Below the pieces are notes generated by a model, which ran no database searches, was not told the DNA's origin, and saw nothing but the letters and a program-made list of their open reading frames with translations. Source: Picochlorum sp. SENEW3 (lineage: Eukaryota). From it: a stretch of 64,000 nucleotides of DNA. The stretch lies in the NCBI GenBank assembly GCA_034226945.1, contig CP120464.1:186001-250000 (forward strand), written 5' to 3'. A program made the translations under genes and the position numbers. Below are positions 23,477 through 34,687 of the stretch, in pieces. Each line of letters opens with the position of its first letter. Within the stretch, counting starts at the first letter, position 1.

Positions 23477-23838
23477 CGCATGCCTTGCATTCTCATCGAG
23501 GCTGCATACAAAGAGGATGTGATTACTGTCACATCATCATCATCATCATCCTCATACCACAGGTATTCAAAGAAGAAGAAGAAGACAGACCCACCTGATT
23601 CCCAGAGGATATGAAGGGTTTCTTGCAATTGCACAGAAAGAATTGCTGTGCTCTGCTGGTGGAGTGTCCAAGTTGGACACAAAAACTGCAGAAAACAGGG
23701 GGTTGTGTTTCACAGGAAACAGGTCCTCCAGCATCATCATTAAATTAGTATTAGATTAGATGCCACGTCATTTTAGAACATTATTAACAATGCGATGAAA
23801 TACAAAGGCGATCTCTTGTTCAATTGCAATTGAAGAAG

Positions 23839-23886
23839 AGATCTGGGCAGATCTTACAATATAGATCTTATATAAGATCTAGATCT
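23839..23886. promoter_or_regulatory. Cluster of five AGATCT sites including a 20-bp perfect palindrome
   Basis: AGATCT at 23839, 23849, 23863, 23875 and 23881. TAGATCTTATATAAGATCTA at 23862-23881. Located in a divergent intergenic region. Confidence 0.5.
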
Positions 23887-24101
23887 TACTAATTAGTAAA
23901 GAAAGGGTTTGGGTTTGAATGGTGCCCTGTTCTATTCTACAACAGATGCATCGCTATTCTTTTCTAAATCTAATATACATATATTCTTGTATGAATAGTT
24001 GTCATAGTTGCAGTAGTATTGGTGGTATTTGCAGTATTAATAATAACCTGTGGAGGGTTGGTCACAGCCACAGAAACACTCTTGCTGTGGTTGACTCTGC
24101 C

Positions 24102-25076
24102 ATGACTGGGTCTGGAGCACGAAAGACAAAGGGATCTTTGTCTTCTCTTGCTCCAAAGACAGAGTATGGCGATCCATATCTGGATGAATATAGACTGCTG
24201 ACGGATGGGTTGATTGAATTGCATGGGAAACCTACTCGGGTGGACCTTGCGGCAGTCAAGGTGGAGGAGGAGGAGGAGGAGGATGGGGGTACTAGGACGC
24301 ATCATCATGAGAAAGATGATGATGAAGGGTTGACGCAGGGGCATCATCAGGTGTATGTGTTGGATTCGCTCGTGCGTACGATTTTGTCTCAAAATACAAC
24401 AGACAAGACATCCATTCGAAGTTTTCACAAGCTCAAGGAGACGTTTGATGGGTGGGAGGCTGTATTGAATGCCCCACACGAGGATGTGGCTGATGCCATA
24501 CGCGAAGGTGGCTTGGCTGATATCAAGGTTGTGAGGATCAAGGCGCTGTTGGAGCAGTTGAAGAGTGACGTTGGGGAGTGTAAGCTGGAGTGGTTGAGAG
24601 ACAAGGATACTGAATTTATAAAAGAGTACCTTGGTCAATTCACCGGTGTGGGCCCTAAAACTGTGTCTTGTACGCTCATGTTTGCGCTGGGAAGGGATGA
24701 TTTTCCGGTGGATACGCACGTGTTTCGTATAGGAAAGGATCTTGGGTGGATTCCAAAATCATGTAGATCGAGAGAGGATGCGTACGAGTATTTGAATGTG
24801 AGGATACCTGATAGCGTCAAGTTTGATTTGCATGTGCTGTTGGTTGCTCATGGGAAAGTGTGTGCATACTGCTCTTCGAGGAAGACGGGCTCCATAGCGG
24901 CAAAGGAGTGCCCTGTTCGGATACTCAAAAGCTCAAGAAGGAGCAAGAACAACAACAAGAGTCCTGGAGTGAGTGAGGATGCGTGTGATCTTGAGATCAA
25001 ATCGGAACCCCTGCTTGATGAAGACGATGCTGACGTGAAACAGGAGTTGAAAAGGGTCAAGAGAGAGAGTGGATGA
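24102..25076 (+). CDS. HhH-GPD (endonuclease III-like) DNA glycosylase
   Basis: LDSLVRTILSQNTTD, HhH motif FTGVGPKTVSC, and FPVDTHVFRI. Confidence 0.92.
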   Translation: MTGSGARKTKGSLSSLAPKTEYGDPYLDEYRLLTDGLIELHGKPTRVDLAAVKVEEEEEEDGGTRTHHHEKDDDEGLTQGHHQVYVLDSLVRTILSQNTTDKTSIRSFHKLKETFDGWEAVLNAPHEDVADAIREGGLADIKVVRIKALLEQLKSDVGECKLEWLRDKDTEFIKEYLGQFTGVGPKTVSCTLMFALGRDDFPVDTHVFRIGKDLGWIPKSCRSREDAYEYLNVRIPDSVKFDLHVLLVAHGKVCAYCSSRKTGSIAAKECPVRILKSSRRSKNNNKSPGVSEDACDLEIKSEPLLDEDDADVKQELKRVKRESG

Positions 25077-25621
25077 AGCACGGCGTTGTCTAACCTGCGC
25101 AGCATGCTGCCTCCCGCGTGCTGTTGCGACAAATTTGTTATTGGTCAACCTGGTTTGATGGCACCATTCATGAGTGATGCACAGCACACGTGCGTCATCA
25201 GCCATTAATTCAAATTTATTTAGTTATTATAGGTGTATCATTAGTCGGGTTTGGTGAATTGGTTACACATGGCGCGAGCAGGGCAAATTATTCGACATGT
25301 TCGTCGCGGGATTCGTCTGTTATCAAGACTTCTGCGTAGATCGGGGAGGAGAAGACGTGCTCCATCGAATACTGCAGCAATGTAATGCGTGCGGGATGAG
25401 AGGATTGTTGGGTGGAGGGGTCAAAAGCTTGTGGCTCTTTCTTCAGGAGAAGGGCAAGTTGGACCATCCCAGAGAGGCCTGGGAGAATATCCCATTCTTG
25501 GACGGGTTTTTTTCAATCATTCATATAGTTTTCCATCTTGTAAGACTATATCTGACGATAGTCAGGATCGCTTGACAACTATTCTCTCTCAAAACATCTC
25601 TCATGTAACATTGGAAGAAGA

Positions 25622-28600
25622 ATGAGGGGAAACTCATCACTGTTTGTGTTCTTGTGTGGGTGTTGCCCTTTGGTCGTGCTGTTGCTCGCTTGGGTGGGTC
25701 CATGTGTGGGTGCTGACGACACAGCATTGTTTCCTGAGCCAAAATACCTGTTTTTGCTGCGTGGAGAGACTGGTGCATTGATATCATCTATTCCAGAGAG
25801 AAGTATAAAGGTGGATGCTCCAGAGCAAGACTGGATTGAAGACCTGCACTTTGGCAAGGTTTTCAAGTGCTCTGAGGAGAAAGAATCGTATCTGAGGATT
25901 CCTGGTTTGTATTTAGGGAATACAAATGGACAAGAAGATGGTTTTGCGCTGTCTTTTTGGATGAAGAGCGACGCAAATGCGTCATCGGATTCAGATGATG
26001 GGTTTGATGTGTTGTTCAACCAAGGCATGGGCACAGCTGTCTCCGTGTCTCTCGCGGCGACGCAGAGTCCTTTGGCTGGGGTTTTGCGAGCCACTGTGAC
26101 AGAAGAAGGCGATAATAATCAGGGGTCGTTCTTGGATAGCACGGGGTGTGCTGATGATCCAAATTGTGCTGATGGGGTCCAACCACCAGTTGTGAATGAT
26201 GGAAATTGGCACCATGTGACCCTCTCTGCTACACGTGAGGTCGTACAGTTGTATGTCGATGGATACAGGGTGGGTGAGAAAGATCAGAGAGGAAATCTCT
26301 CTCTCCCTTTCAATGGGTCGGATGTTTTTCTTTGTACAGCAAATGGCTCCTCAAAGAACATCTTTGATGGAAGTGTGACGGATTTGGTCATCTATGATCG
26401 AGGCCTGACAGAAGATGAAGCTGTTGTCTTGTATAATGCAAGAAATCCGTTCAAAGATGCGACTCCAGGCATGTGCAGTGATACGCCAATCCCTGGTTTA
26501 CTAACAAGTCAGTGTGGTGCTGGATTTGGTTGTTACAAATTATCATTGAATGATGTGGTAGAACTCACACGAACGCATGAATTTGATTATTTGGTTGGAA
26601 GAGTGGGACTGTGTGTACCAGAGATCTACACAAACTTGTTGCCGGATCCATTTGTTGTGCCACCTGCATTTGTATTTTACCCTCTGTTGTCAAACCGGGT
26701 GGAATCATACCCTGTGGGATTGTATACAGGCAACTTCAGAGGTGTTTCTCTCGTGACAGATCGAGTTTTTGGACAAACAATGTACTGTAATGGAAGTAGG
26801 GATGAATATATTGCGCTTGATCCTGTAGCATATGGCATAGGAGGAAAGTTCACAATCAACTTTTGGGTGAGGCCTGATACTGTGTCATTTTCAGATGAGC
26901 AAGGGTATTCCTGGCTCTTCTCACATGGGTCTCGTTCTCCGACATCTGATGCCTTTGGGCCAAATCAAATTCAGATATATCTCACAGAGTACTTGAATGA
27001 GACTGGATATGGGCACGTAAGTGCATACGCCCGTGATATGAATGATGTGTATGCTGGAATCGACTCGTCTGCTGTTTTAAATGGGGATGGTACGGTAGGC
27101 ACGTTGCTCAAAAAGGATGAGATGGCATTTGATGATGCCGATGATGTATATGATGGATATTGGCATATGATTACGCTCACGAGTCAGCCTGAGAGAGAGA
27201 AGGGGTATGTCCTGTATGTGGATGGTGTCAAGGTGAATGAACTGAACCAGACAACGGACATCAGTCATATACTTGGTGACTCATTTGATGTGGGGGGTGG
27301 CGAGCCATTGATGCTGAATGGAGATATTATTCTATGCTCGCGAGGATATGGAGATCCATATCCGTTTCATGGGCAGATTGCATTTCTATCTCTGTGGGAG
27401 GAATCCTTGATAGAAGGCCAGGTACAAATGCTGTATGAAGCTGTAGCAAAGTATGGGCTGCGAGGATCTGATATCTCAGTTTCGCAGCAAGAAGATCTTC
27501 TTATGGACCCAAGACTAGCTCAAATAGTGCAGTATTCAGTCTCTGGGAAACAGTGCCTTTTCCCAACTCTGTATGAGAACAAGAACACGTATGGATGTGT
27601 GAATATTGATGGTATTGACAAATGCTATGTGGGAGATGGTGTTTGGGAGCAATGCTACTTTATTAATGAGGCAGAGGATCAACTTGATAGTCGGGATGGT
27701 CCGGGTGGGCATTGGAGCTCATGTGATCTCACTGTCAATGAGGAATCAAATCCACGAGGGTGTCAGGATGGTTTTATTTGTGTCATGTTTGACCCAAACA
27801 ACCAACGCATTGGAGTATGCGATGTCAGTCCAACATCAATGTCAGATTATGATATTTTCAGCTTGCTGCATGCGAGAGACCTGCCTCTGCCAATGACCGT
27901 GTACCCTCTGTTGGATGAGTCTCTTGTTGCTATTTCCAGTCCTCAGTACTCTGGGAAGAGTGACAATCTTAGATGGAGCTGGGACCCAACCTTTAGAGCA
28001 AGTGTCGCAACATGCTCGGGAAATGAAATATCAGATATTCTACTATATGATTCTGCACCTCAAAGCTTTGATGGTACCGTTTGTTTCTGGTTTGCCATCT
28101 CCCCCATGCCCTCATCTGGAGTTGGTCGAGGAAAGCAGGTCCTATTCAGCACCAAGGTATCGTCCTCGTTGGATCCAGAGGCCAAACTGTATTCAACGAT
28201 AGCCTTGAATCCGATAGATAATGGAGATTCGTATGCTATCAGCCTGGACTCGTGGACGTTGGCAGGAGACTCCTTGGGGGAAGTAGCAGCAACAACGACT
28301 ATCCAAAACAATGGAGGATGGAATTTTGTGTGTGCGACAAACTCGATGGACACCGACGGTGTCCAGTCGTATGCATTGCTTCTCAACGGAGAACGAGTTG
28401 TCACACGAACAATTCCATACGGGATAGAACGAGCGGATAACACAATTCACATGTGTTGGACTGGTTCTCAAACAACATATATTCGTGAAACGTTGCCTCA
28501 AGCATTTGATGGAAGGGTGAGCCAGGTGATGTTATTTAACACTGTCCTCCCGGACAATGACATCAAATCCTTGTACGCCATGTTTGACGAATCTGATATC

Positions 28601-28903
28601 ATGGACAACCTCGCAACATCACCTGAAGACGAGGGTGATGGCCTCAGTGGTGGCGCAATTGTGGGTATCATTATTGGGACTGTTGTAGGAGTCGCGTGCC
28701 TCATCCTGGCCATCGTCCTCCTGTCCAAAAGAGTATCTAGAAACAAAGCAACCAGCTTTAGGCGATACGAAGATGATGCATCAGCAACAGAATCGGGTAC
28801 CAACAGCACCAAAAATGGCTTGGAAAAGGAGTTTTCCTATGAATATCCAAGAACGCCGGAGATTCTGCCCCCAACAACAGCTGGAGCACGAACAAGCGAT
28901 TGA
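25622..28903 (+). CDS. Type I membrane protein with repeated LamG/concanavalin-like domains
   Basis: Signal peptide and three blocks of the form F(S/T)xxFW...W(H/N)xxx(L/A)...LYVDG/LLLNG...F(D/H)GxV/I. TM segment GAIVGIIIGTVVGVACLILAIVLL, then a short cytosolic tail. Confidence 0.85.
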   Translation: MRGNSSLFVFLCGCCPLVVLLLAWVGPCVGADDTALFPEPKYLFLLRGETGALISSIPERSIKVDAPEQDWIEDLHFGKVFKCSEEKESYLRIPGLYLGNTNGQEDGFALSFWMKSDANASSDSDDGFDVLFNQGMGTAVSVSLAATQSPLAGVLRATVTEEGDNNQGSFLDSTGCADDPNCADGVQPPVVNDGNWHHVTLSATREVVQLYVDGYRVGEKDQRGNLSLPFNGSDVFLCTANGSSKNIFDGSVTDLVIYDRGLTEDEAVVLYNARNPFKDATPGMCSDTPIPGLLTSQCGAGFGCYKLSLNDVVELTRTHEFDYLVGRVGLCVPEIYTNLLPDPFVVPPAFVFYPLLSNRVESYPVGLYTGNFRGVSLVTDRVFGQTMYCNGSRDEYIALDPVAYGIGGKFTINFWVRPDTVSFSDEQGYSWLFSHGSRSPTSDAFGPNQIQIYLTEYLNETGYGHVSAYARDMNDVYAGIDSSAVLNGDGTVGTLLKKDEMAFDDADDVYDGYWHMITLTSQPEREKGYVLYVDGVKVNELNQTTDISHILGDSFDVGGGEPLMLNGDIILCSRGYGDPYPFHGQIAFLSLWEESLIEGQVQMLYEAVAKYGLRGSDISVSQQEDLLMDPRLAQIVQYSVSGKQCLFPTLYENKNTYGCVNIDGIDKCYVGDGVWEQCYFINEAEDQLDSRDGPGGHWSSCDLTVNEESNPRGCQDGFICVMFDPNNQRIGVCDVSPTSMSDYDIFSLLHARDLPLPMTVYPLLDESLVAISSPQYSGKSDNLRWSWDPTFRASVATCSGNEISDILLYDSAPQSFDGTVCFWFAISPMPSSGVGRGKQVLFSTKVSSSLDPEAKLYSTIALNPIDNGDSYAISLDSWTLAGDSLGEVAATTTIQNNGGWNFVCATNSMDTDGVQSYALLLNGERVVTRTIPYGIERADNTIHMCWTGSQTTYIRETLPQAFDGRVSQVMLFNTVLPDNDIKSLYAMFDESDIMDNLATSPEDEGDGLSGGAIVGIIIGTVVGVACLILAIVLLSKRVSRNKATSFRRYEDDASATESGTNSTKNGLEKEFSYEYPRTPEILPPTTAGARTSD

Positions 28904-28933
28904 ATCAATATTTAAATAGTGAAATAAAATACA

Positions 28934-29725
28934 TTACATGATCCCTTGCGTTCTATCTACCCTCGTTTTACAATAGGCAGCTCTCTCCTTGGCCACAGTG
29001 TTCCCAGGATCCAAGCCCAACACCTCCTGGTACGCCGACAACGCCTCTCCATACCTTTTCTGCTTCTCCAGCACATCCCCCAAATTATTCCACGCAGTCA
29101 AATACCCCGGTTGCAATTCCACCGCCTTTGTATACTGCTTGATTGCATCTTCAACCCTATCCAAATTGAAATAACTGTATCCCAACGCATTATATACTTG
29201 TGCCAACACCTCCTCATCGCCTTCATCCTCATCCCAATCCTTCAATGCTTTCTTCAAATTACTGTTGGCCTGTGTAAACAACTTTTTCCTCAACAAAATC
29301 ACCCCAAGCTCGTAGTAATCCTCTGCAGTAGCCTCCTGATTCCTCACCCTCTCCCCCAACGCCTTTGCTGCCTCCTCCATCTCCCTCTTAAACAGCACCT
29401 GACGAACTACAAAGTACGCACCAACGACAAGAAACCCTAACAATGTCGTCAGGTACACCAGCTGCACCGGAGTCTCTAATCCCTCTGCAATCTCATACAA
29501 GACATCAACCGGAGCAGCCTTGGCCACACCCTCATCCCTCGCCAGAGGCAATTTATTCCTCTTTTTCAATCCTACATATGAATGTGATGGCACACGTGCT
29601 TCCATTCCACGCCTTAATGGCGCAGAACAAAGGCCCACAGACACCCTGTTCTGTCTCTGCAGCCCTCCAGCCAACATAGCCACTCCACGACCACAGACAA
29701 TACTCATACTCATTGTATCAAACAT
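28934..29725 (-). CDS. PYG7: PYG7/Ycf37-like thylakoid TPR protein (PSI assembly)
   Basis: Transit peptide, TM segment followed by VVRQVLFKREME, and TPRs (YYELGVILL, YNALGYSYF, PGYLTAWNNLG). Confidence 0.88.
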   Translation of the reverse strand: MFDTMSMSIVCGRGVAMLAGGLQRQNRVSVGLCSAPLRRGMEARVPSHSYVGLKKRNKLPLARDEGVAKAAPVDVLYEIAEGLETPVQLVYLTTLLGFLVVGAYFVVRQVLFKREMEEAAKALGERVRNQEATAEDYYELGVILLRKKLFTQANSNLKKALKDWDEDEGDEEVLAQVYNALGYSYFNLDRVEDAIKQYTKAVELQPGYLTAWNNLGDVLEKQKRYGEALSAYQEVLGLDPGNTVAKERAAYCKTRVDRTQGIM

Positions 29726-29970
29726 ATATCTTTGAAAATTCTACTCATCCATGGGCCCAGATCAATTGCCTCATCGTGATCAGATCTATTCTTAATTCCG
29801 ATCAGACGATATTCAAATGTTTTAAGTATGGAGTTCCGTACTTTAAAAAAATCTTCTCGCAGCGCCTCTGTGGATAAGACGACAGAAAACCCCATCCACA
29901 GAATTACGAATTTACAATACAACGCACCATTAAACCCACTAAATCAATCAATTTTAAACAACAGATTACG

Positions 29971-30534
29971 ATGCAGAGAGCATACACTGTCCAGAGAGTT
30001 CAGGCTGGTCGCCCAGCCATGGTTTCTGTGAAACCTCGCACCAACAGCAGAGCTGTCTTGGTTCGCTCAGCCCCAAAGAAGGAGCAGATTGATCAGGCCG
30101 TGAAGGATGCTGAGGAAGCTTGCGACGGTGGAGATGCTGGAGAGTGGTACGTGTTGATGGCTCTTCACCGAGTCGAAAACGTTTCTCCATCGTAGAGGCT
30201 CTAGTAGGCCCCCAAGACGCCATGTTAAAGCTTCATCTTGAATATATACATCTATATTTGTCAAATATGCGTGTCCAAGGAGCGATATGCATTCGAGGCT
30301 TCGCCGGACAGACAGAGATCTGTTTGTCCACACCTTGACTGTGCAAACCTAGATGAATACCCTGCTCACGTGCGATATGTGTATCATGATTGCAGTGCTT
30401 CTGCTTGGGATACCGTGGAAGAGTTGTCTGCCGCTGCATCTCATGCCAAGGATAATGCTCAGAAGGAGGATCCATTGGAGAAGTTCTGCGAGGACGATCC
30501 ATCTGCTGATGAGTGCAGAGTGTATGAGGACTAA
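29971..30534 (+). CDS. CP12: CP12 Calvin-cycle regulatory protein
   Basis: AEEAC...GEC(intron)ASAWDTVEELSAA...DPLEKFCEDDPSADECRVYED. Intron 30147-30395. Confidence 0.97.
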
Positions 30535-30983
30535 TTCGCTCTCTGGAGCACTGCAGTAGCATAATTCATATAGATGATGCAAGCATGTGATTATGTTTCG
30601 TTGTCGTATGTATACAAAGCAAAGCATGTAACATTGGTTGACATCCATCCATGACACATAACGGCACACTACACGTCCTCATCACGTGCAATAATATCTT
30701 CTGAATGCAAGGTTACATGTGCTCGTCGTTAAAATATATCTTAAAGAAAAAAGGTACATGTGTACTCTCAAATTGACATCATAGTATGTAGTTCCAGATG
30801 CAGATTTTCTTTCACCCATGCAAGGATGCAGTGCTGCAAGTCACAAGTGTCGGACCATCTATTATGCAGTGTGGATACCAAGAATGCTGTAGTACTTGGT
30901 ATAGGAAGAAAAAACATATGTGTAGATCGACAATGACCTAATATAAACACACGGATTCAGCCTCCGAAAAAACGAATTTCATA

Positions 30984-32381
30984 TCATTGTTGCTGTCCTG
31001 AAAAATATGACGAGTCAGATGAGCGTGTCTGGGAACCAAACAAGGATGCTTGGCGCTGATCCATCTCATTCATACGTCCCTGAAATGCGTCAGAGTAAAA
31101 TCCGAGGCTTGATGCAGGCTGCTGCTGTTGGGGCACAAAAGCTCCAAATGGTGGCATCTGCTGCTGTCCGAGAAATTCTGATGGCCCTTGAACATCCCTC
31201 TGCGACGTTGCTGGAGGAGCCCTAGGAACACTCTGCTGCTCCAATGCTGCCAACTGAATCAATCTGGCAAGCATGGCATCTTGACTGGCCGAGCCACCAA
31301 ACTGCTGCTGCTGCTGGACTGCAGAGGTGCCATACTGAGGAGGATTCATGAATTGACTCAACGAGGACAAATCAGGCATGCCTGCGTACGCATTCCCCGT
31401 AACACCCTGTTGCGGATCTTGAAGCCCAACAATCCCAGGATTCAATGGAGAGGGAGCACGGTGCAATGGTGCACTCATCCCCCCAGTCCTCTGAGGCAGC
31501 ACATCTGGTGATACACTTCCACTGGACTGTGTTGCTGACATTGCTTGTGATGGAGGCATAAAACCATATCCTTGGACATAGACTGGATGACCAAGACCCA
31601 TCCCATCTGAAGAAATGGCAATTTGGCGCAACATGGCAAATCCCTTGAATCTCCCCTTAATGATATCCGACACCATTGAAATAGCCAGCTGCAACGACTG
31701 CCTGCTGCCCGCAATGGTAACCCGAGTTGGATCCGTCGACTGATCAATCTGAATCATGGCCCCAGTGTACTGCTGCAATGCCTTGATCGTCTCCCCTCCC
31801 TTTCCAATCACACGACCAACCATTGCCTTTGGGCAATCTAGTACTGCTGTCTGTCTCGGCTCCACCCCCTCGAACGCAGTACCAACTTTATGTCCCGTAA
31901 TTACTGCAGCATGCTGCTGCTGAGGCACTGCCATCCCTGGCCATTGCCCCAACATACCAGTATTGGTGTCCTCTGCCTTTTTCCTCTCAGGCGACACAAC
32001 ATGGGCCCTTGGACTGTGCGACGGCTCCGCCGTCTGTGTTTCAGGCGTTTTATACCCAGAATTCTCAAGCAACGTCATCAGATTGGCAGATGCTGGCCCG
32101 GACAGATTCAATTGATTGGAGGCCAGGTACTCCAAAAGCTGATCAATATCCTTTGCAGCATCTTCCTTCGTGTCCTCTTCCTTCTCCTGCTCTTGAACAG
32201 ACTCACTAATTTCAATATTCTCTGGTACAATATCTGGCGACTCGCGCGTCTCCTCATGCCTGTCATGCTCCTGACTTGACACCTTGTCAACCTGCTCAGA
32301 CACACTCTGTGCTGATGTCCATTCCATCTTCTCACTCTCTCCGACAGTACCGTTCGTTGCAATTTCAGCAAGTTGCGACAT
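30984..32381 (-). CDS. KH-domain RNA-binding protein
   Basis: KH GxxG motif in CPKAMVGRVIGKGGETIKALQQYTGAMIQI, flanked by Q/P-rich regions. Confidence 0.9.
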   Translation of the reverse strand: MSQLAEIATNGTVGESEKMEWTSAQSVSEQVDKVSSQEHDRHEETRESPDIVPENIEISESVQEQEKEEDTKEDAAKDIDQLLEYLASNQLNLSGPASANLMTLLENSGYKTPETQTAEPSHSPRAHVVSPERKKAEDTNTGMLGQWPGMAVPQQQHAAVITGHKVGTAFEGVEPRQTAVLDCPKAMVGRVIGKGGETIKALQQYTGAMIQIDQSTDPTRVTIAGSRQSLQLAISMVSDIIKGRFKGFAMLRQIAISSDGMGLGHPVYVQGYGFMPPSQAMSATQSSGSVSPDVLPQRTGGMSAPLHRAPSPLNPGIVGLQDPQQGVTGNAYAGMPDLSSLSQFMNPPQYGTSAVQQQQQFGGSASQDAMLARLIQLAALEQQSVPRAPPATSQRDVQGPSEFLGQQQMPPFGAFVPQQQQPASSLGFYSDAFQGRMNEMDQRQASLFGSQTRSSDSSYFSGQQQ

Positions 32382-33286
32382 TCTCCAGTTCTACAATGAA
32401 TTCCAAACAATGCTACAGTATTCTGAACCTCTCAGCGCACAATCTCGTGAGCAGCCAATGATCAGATATGTATTTGAGTTGACAGTATTCCGTTAAAAAT
32501 TTTAGAGAAGAGTCCCTGCGTGCAACAAGGCACATATGAGCATCATACTGCTATCGTCCAACACGGCTGCCGTTGCGTCTTGTCGAGATTGGACAAACAA
32601 ACAAGAGGCCTTCCCCACCCGACAGCGACAATTGATTAACGAGTATTTATAAAATCTTTCGTTGCGTATTCCTCAGAAACAAGGGCCTCTCGTGACAGTC
32701 GCAGGTGCAATCATGGCAACAATGGAGCGTACCAACTCAGGTGAGCATATTTGAAACCGGGGATGATATAACACTGTAAAAATCTAACAGTAGTAAATTA
32801 TAGATATTATTATACAAGTGTGTGCGCTTGTGCCTGTGGTGGTAGTTCAGATTCTGGACTGCGTGCGGCCATTGGGCCACATGGCAGCGCATGGTTACGC
32901 TATGCACGAAATCAAATAACCAGTCATCTTCCGGTCACCAAATCTGTCAATGGGATGGTCTAGCATAATCAATGGTAACATCACTGTCTCCCATCAAGGC
33001 ACGTGTTCGATGGTATGTGACGAATGATTAGTCTTTTTACGCAACAAGATCCTGACTACCCTGCTCCGATCTGAGGGTCAGCCACATCGTGCATGCAGGC
33101 TTCCATAGTAGTTGTACCGGATATACAACTATACTTGATGATGTGGCCATCATCAAGATTGGGATGAGCTAGTGGCGTATGGATCAGGTAGAGTCATACA
33201 AGATATCTCGTCCTACAACTACTAGCAGTATCACATCATCATCATCATTGCAGACATTACTGATGTAATAATAATAATCCAATACT

Positions 33287-34687
33287 TTAACAAATCACAG
33301 CATCTGTACCAACAACGAGGGATGATTTGAATTCCATTTTGCGCGATTCGAGTGTTTTCTGGAACTCCTCCAGGGTATCTATATGAGAATACATGGCTCT
33401 GTACACGTCTGAAGGGTCTGTGTCCCCTGCAAGATGGGTGAGGCCTGACGTAAGGTATTCTACAGTGGTTGGCGTGGCATGCTGCCACATCCATCTCGTG
33501 AGATCTTCGTGGGTGCTTATATGCAAAAGGTACGCGTGGAATACATCAAAGCCTCTTGAAAATGCGTACGCAACCATGGCTTCCATGCTGGCTTCCATCT
33601 TGTACAATGGCTGTGTTGTACGAGAAAAAATGTCAGTGCGAGTGACATTTGCCAAGACAAGCGCTTCCATGTCCGTCCCCCTACTTTGCTGTATCATTTT
33701 GAGAGATATACTTTCTCTAGAAAGTATTTGGAGAATATCATGGGCACTGCGTTCTGCACGTTTGACAAGGCATTCCCATCCATGGGCTGCAATATGTTCA
33801 TTTTCCTTGAGGAGGCGAGCAAACAATGGATTGTTCTCTGACGGCGTATCCCACCAAAAGTTGATTGCGATTGTGTGGGTTTCGTCGTTTCCAGAGAGCA
33901 CCTGATGCCAATACCCTTTAGGAATATACAAGACATCGCCAGCAATGAGATGATGGGTTTCAACGCACTCACCATCAATAGCTCTCTGCTTTGCTGCGCC
34001 TCCTGTATACTCTGGAAATAGAGTATACGAGTCTGTATGATTCCCGTATCCCCATTCGTATGGGTGTTCATAAAATAGGCATGATGTTGGAACCACATCA
34101 AATGGGGCAAGTCTGACAATCTTTTCTCCATCAACCACACAGAGCAGGTTCTCATGACAATCATAGTGTAAAGAAGACAGCACGCTCCCTGGGCCACTAC
34201 ACCATGCATTCACCGATACCATATCACACCCTGGAGGCAGCATGGATGGAATCTTCACGTCTTCAGACAAGCCGTACAGAATGCCTTTGTGAGCTGTTGC
34301 ATTGGTAAAGACAACAATGGGAGCTTGTGCCAGATACAATCCCACATCTGACGACTCTATAAAATCCTTGAACGTCATATGTATCGTCTGTAAGGAGGAT
34401 CCACTCCCTTTGAATATTGATATCGTGCTGTCCGTCGAAGAAGGAGAGCTCTGCATCACCTCAACCATGGTCTCATTGTTGGGAACAAGGTCCTTCAGCC
34501 TTTGATATGCATTTGCACTCGTCCACGTGCGACATGCTGGCCATGCGTCACGTAAAAGAGCACCTGAGAAGAGTTTTGGTGTACCACATTGGGTGTATGC
34601 TTCTGTCGAGAACGACGACGACTGCTTCTGTTTATTATTCAGAGTTCCATGCTGCACGAGAGAGTCCAGAAACTCTTCTTCTCTCAT
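33287..34687 (-). CDS. JmjC/cupin-like 2OG-Fe(II) oxygenase
   Basis: LYLAQ, SSLHYDCHENLLCVVDGEK (HxD) and GDVLYIPKGYWHQV, IAINFWW. Confidence 0.92.
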   Translation of the reverse strand: MREEEFLDSLVQHGTLNNKQKQSSSFSTEAYTQCGTPKLFSGALLRDAWPACRTWTSANAYQRLKDLVPNNETMVEVMQSSPSSTDSTISIFKGSGSSLQTIHMTFKDFIESSDVGLYLAQAPIVVFTNATAHKGILYGLSEDVKIPSMLPPGCDMVSVNAWCSGPGSVLSSLHYDCHENLLCVVDGEKIVRLAPFDVVPTSCLFYEHPYEWGYGNHTDSYTLFPEYTGGAAKQRAIDGECVETHHLIAGDVLYIPKGYWHQVLSGNDETHTIAINFWWDTPSENNPLFARLLKENEHIAAHGWECLVKRAERSAHDILQILSRESISLKMIQQSRGTDMEALVLANVTRTDIFSRTTQPLYKMEASMEAMVAYAFSRGFDVFHAYLLHISTHEDLTRWMWQHATPTTVEYLTSGLTHLAGDTDPSDVYRAMYSHIDTLEEFQKTLESRKMEFKSSLVVGTDAVIC

